NCBI GenBank assembly: GCA_037446215.1
Contig: JBBIJB010000074.1
Location: forward strand, 1-10,749
DNA length: 10,749 nt
Reading direction: 5' to 3'
DNA from: Armatimonadota bacterium
GTDB lineage: Bacteria > Sysuimicrobiota > Sysuimicrobiia > Sysuimicrobiales > Humicultoraceae
Of the stretch, positions 10,460 through 10,749 are shown one piece after another; position 1 is the first letter of the stretch, and the number at the start of each line of letters is the position of its first letter. The position numbers and the translations under genes are program-made. The notes beneath the pieces were generated by a model that did not search any database, had not been told where the DNA came from, and worked only from the letters and a program-made list of their open reading frames with translations.

Positions 10460-10518
10460 CCTTACCACCTGCAAGGGTGTTGGATTCGCCGCGCAGAACT
10501 CTGGACTGTGACCCACCC

Positions 10519-10524
10519 ATTATA
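10519..10524 (-). promoter_or_regulatory. Putative -10 element (TATAAT) for acnA
   Basis: Perfect TATAAT on the - strand in otherwise GC-rich divergent intergenic DNA, about 60 nt upstream of ATG 10459. No recognisable -35. Confidence 0.5.
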
Positions 10525-10554
10525 GCCGCGGGGAGCCCGCACAGGGAGCGCCGT

Positions 10555-10749
10555 ATGAGCCGAGGCGAAGGACGGTCCCGAGACCCAGCAGCAGCCCAAG
10601 TCGTGTCCCGCGTCGTGCGGGCACTCTGCCTGTGCCTGGTCGCCGCGCTCCTCGCGGCGGCGCGGCCGGGCGGCGCGGCCGGCGGCTCGCAGCAGCCCCC
10701 GTCGGTCGACGTCCACGCCCACCGGGGCGGCGCGGCGCTCGCCCCCGAG
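10555..10749 (+). CDS. Glycerophosphodiester phosphodiesterase (GDPD, GlpQ/UgpQ family), 5' partial, with probable signal peptide
   Basis: Own translation: MSRGEGRSRDPAAAQVVSRVVRALCLCLVAALLAAARPGGAAGGSQQPPSVDVHAHRGGAALAPE, running off the window end. 'AHRG...APE(N)' is the GDPD N-terminal catalytic motif. AGGGAG RBS at 10543-10548, and a hydrophobic segment after basic residues. Confidence 0.8.
   Translation, partial: MSRGEGRSRDPAAAQVVSRVVRALCLCLVAALLAAARPGGAAGGSQQPPSVDVHAHRGGAALAPE

Noticed and set aside
10460..10516. acnA start at 10516
   Set aside because: It lies only 2 nt from the putative TATAAT -10. ATG 10459 has an RBS and gives a typical AcnA N-terminus.

Overview
GC-rich bacterial window. 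The left end (1-1330) is accessory DNA: a probable IS terminal end (two 20-bp direct repeats ending in ...ACA at 62), then a ~57-bp imperfect palindrome overlapping a sigma70-like promoter, an intact AbiEi-type (type IV TA) antitoxin gene, and a translationally coupled AbiEii-type nucleotidyltransferase toxin remnant. The remnant appears to have lost its catalytic GGT/DxD segment by an in-frame deletion. The rest is metabolic: a Gfo/Idh/MocA oxidoreductase (+), a D-2-hydroxyacid dehydrogenase (-), a small membrane protein followed by transaldolase and glucose-6-phosphate isomerase (+), a tandem GNAT acetyltransferase coupled to aconitase acnA (-), and the 5' end of a probably exported glycerophosphodiester phosphodiesterase (+, missing from the ORF track). 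Notably, tal and pgi are in the same frame and separated only by one TAG codon. All family calls are from motif recognition, without database searches.
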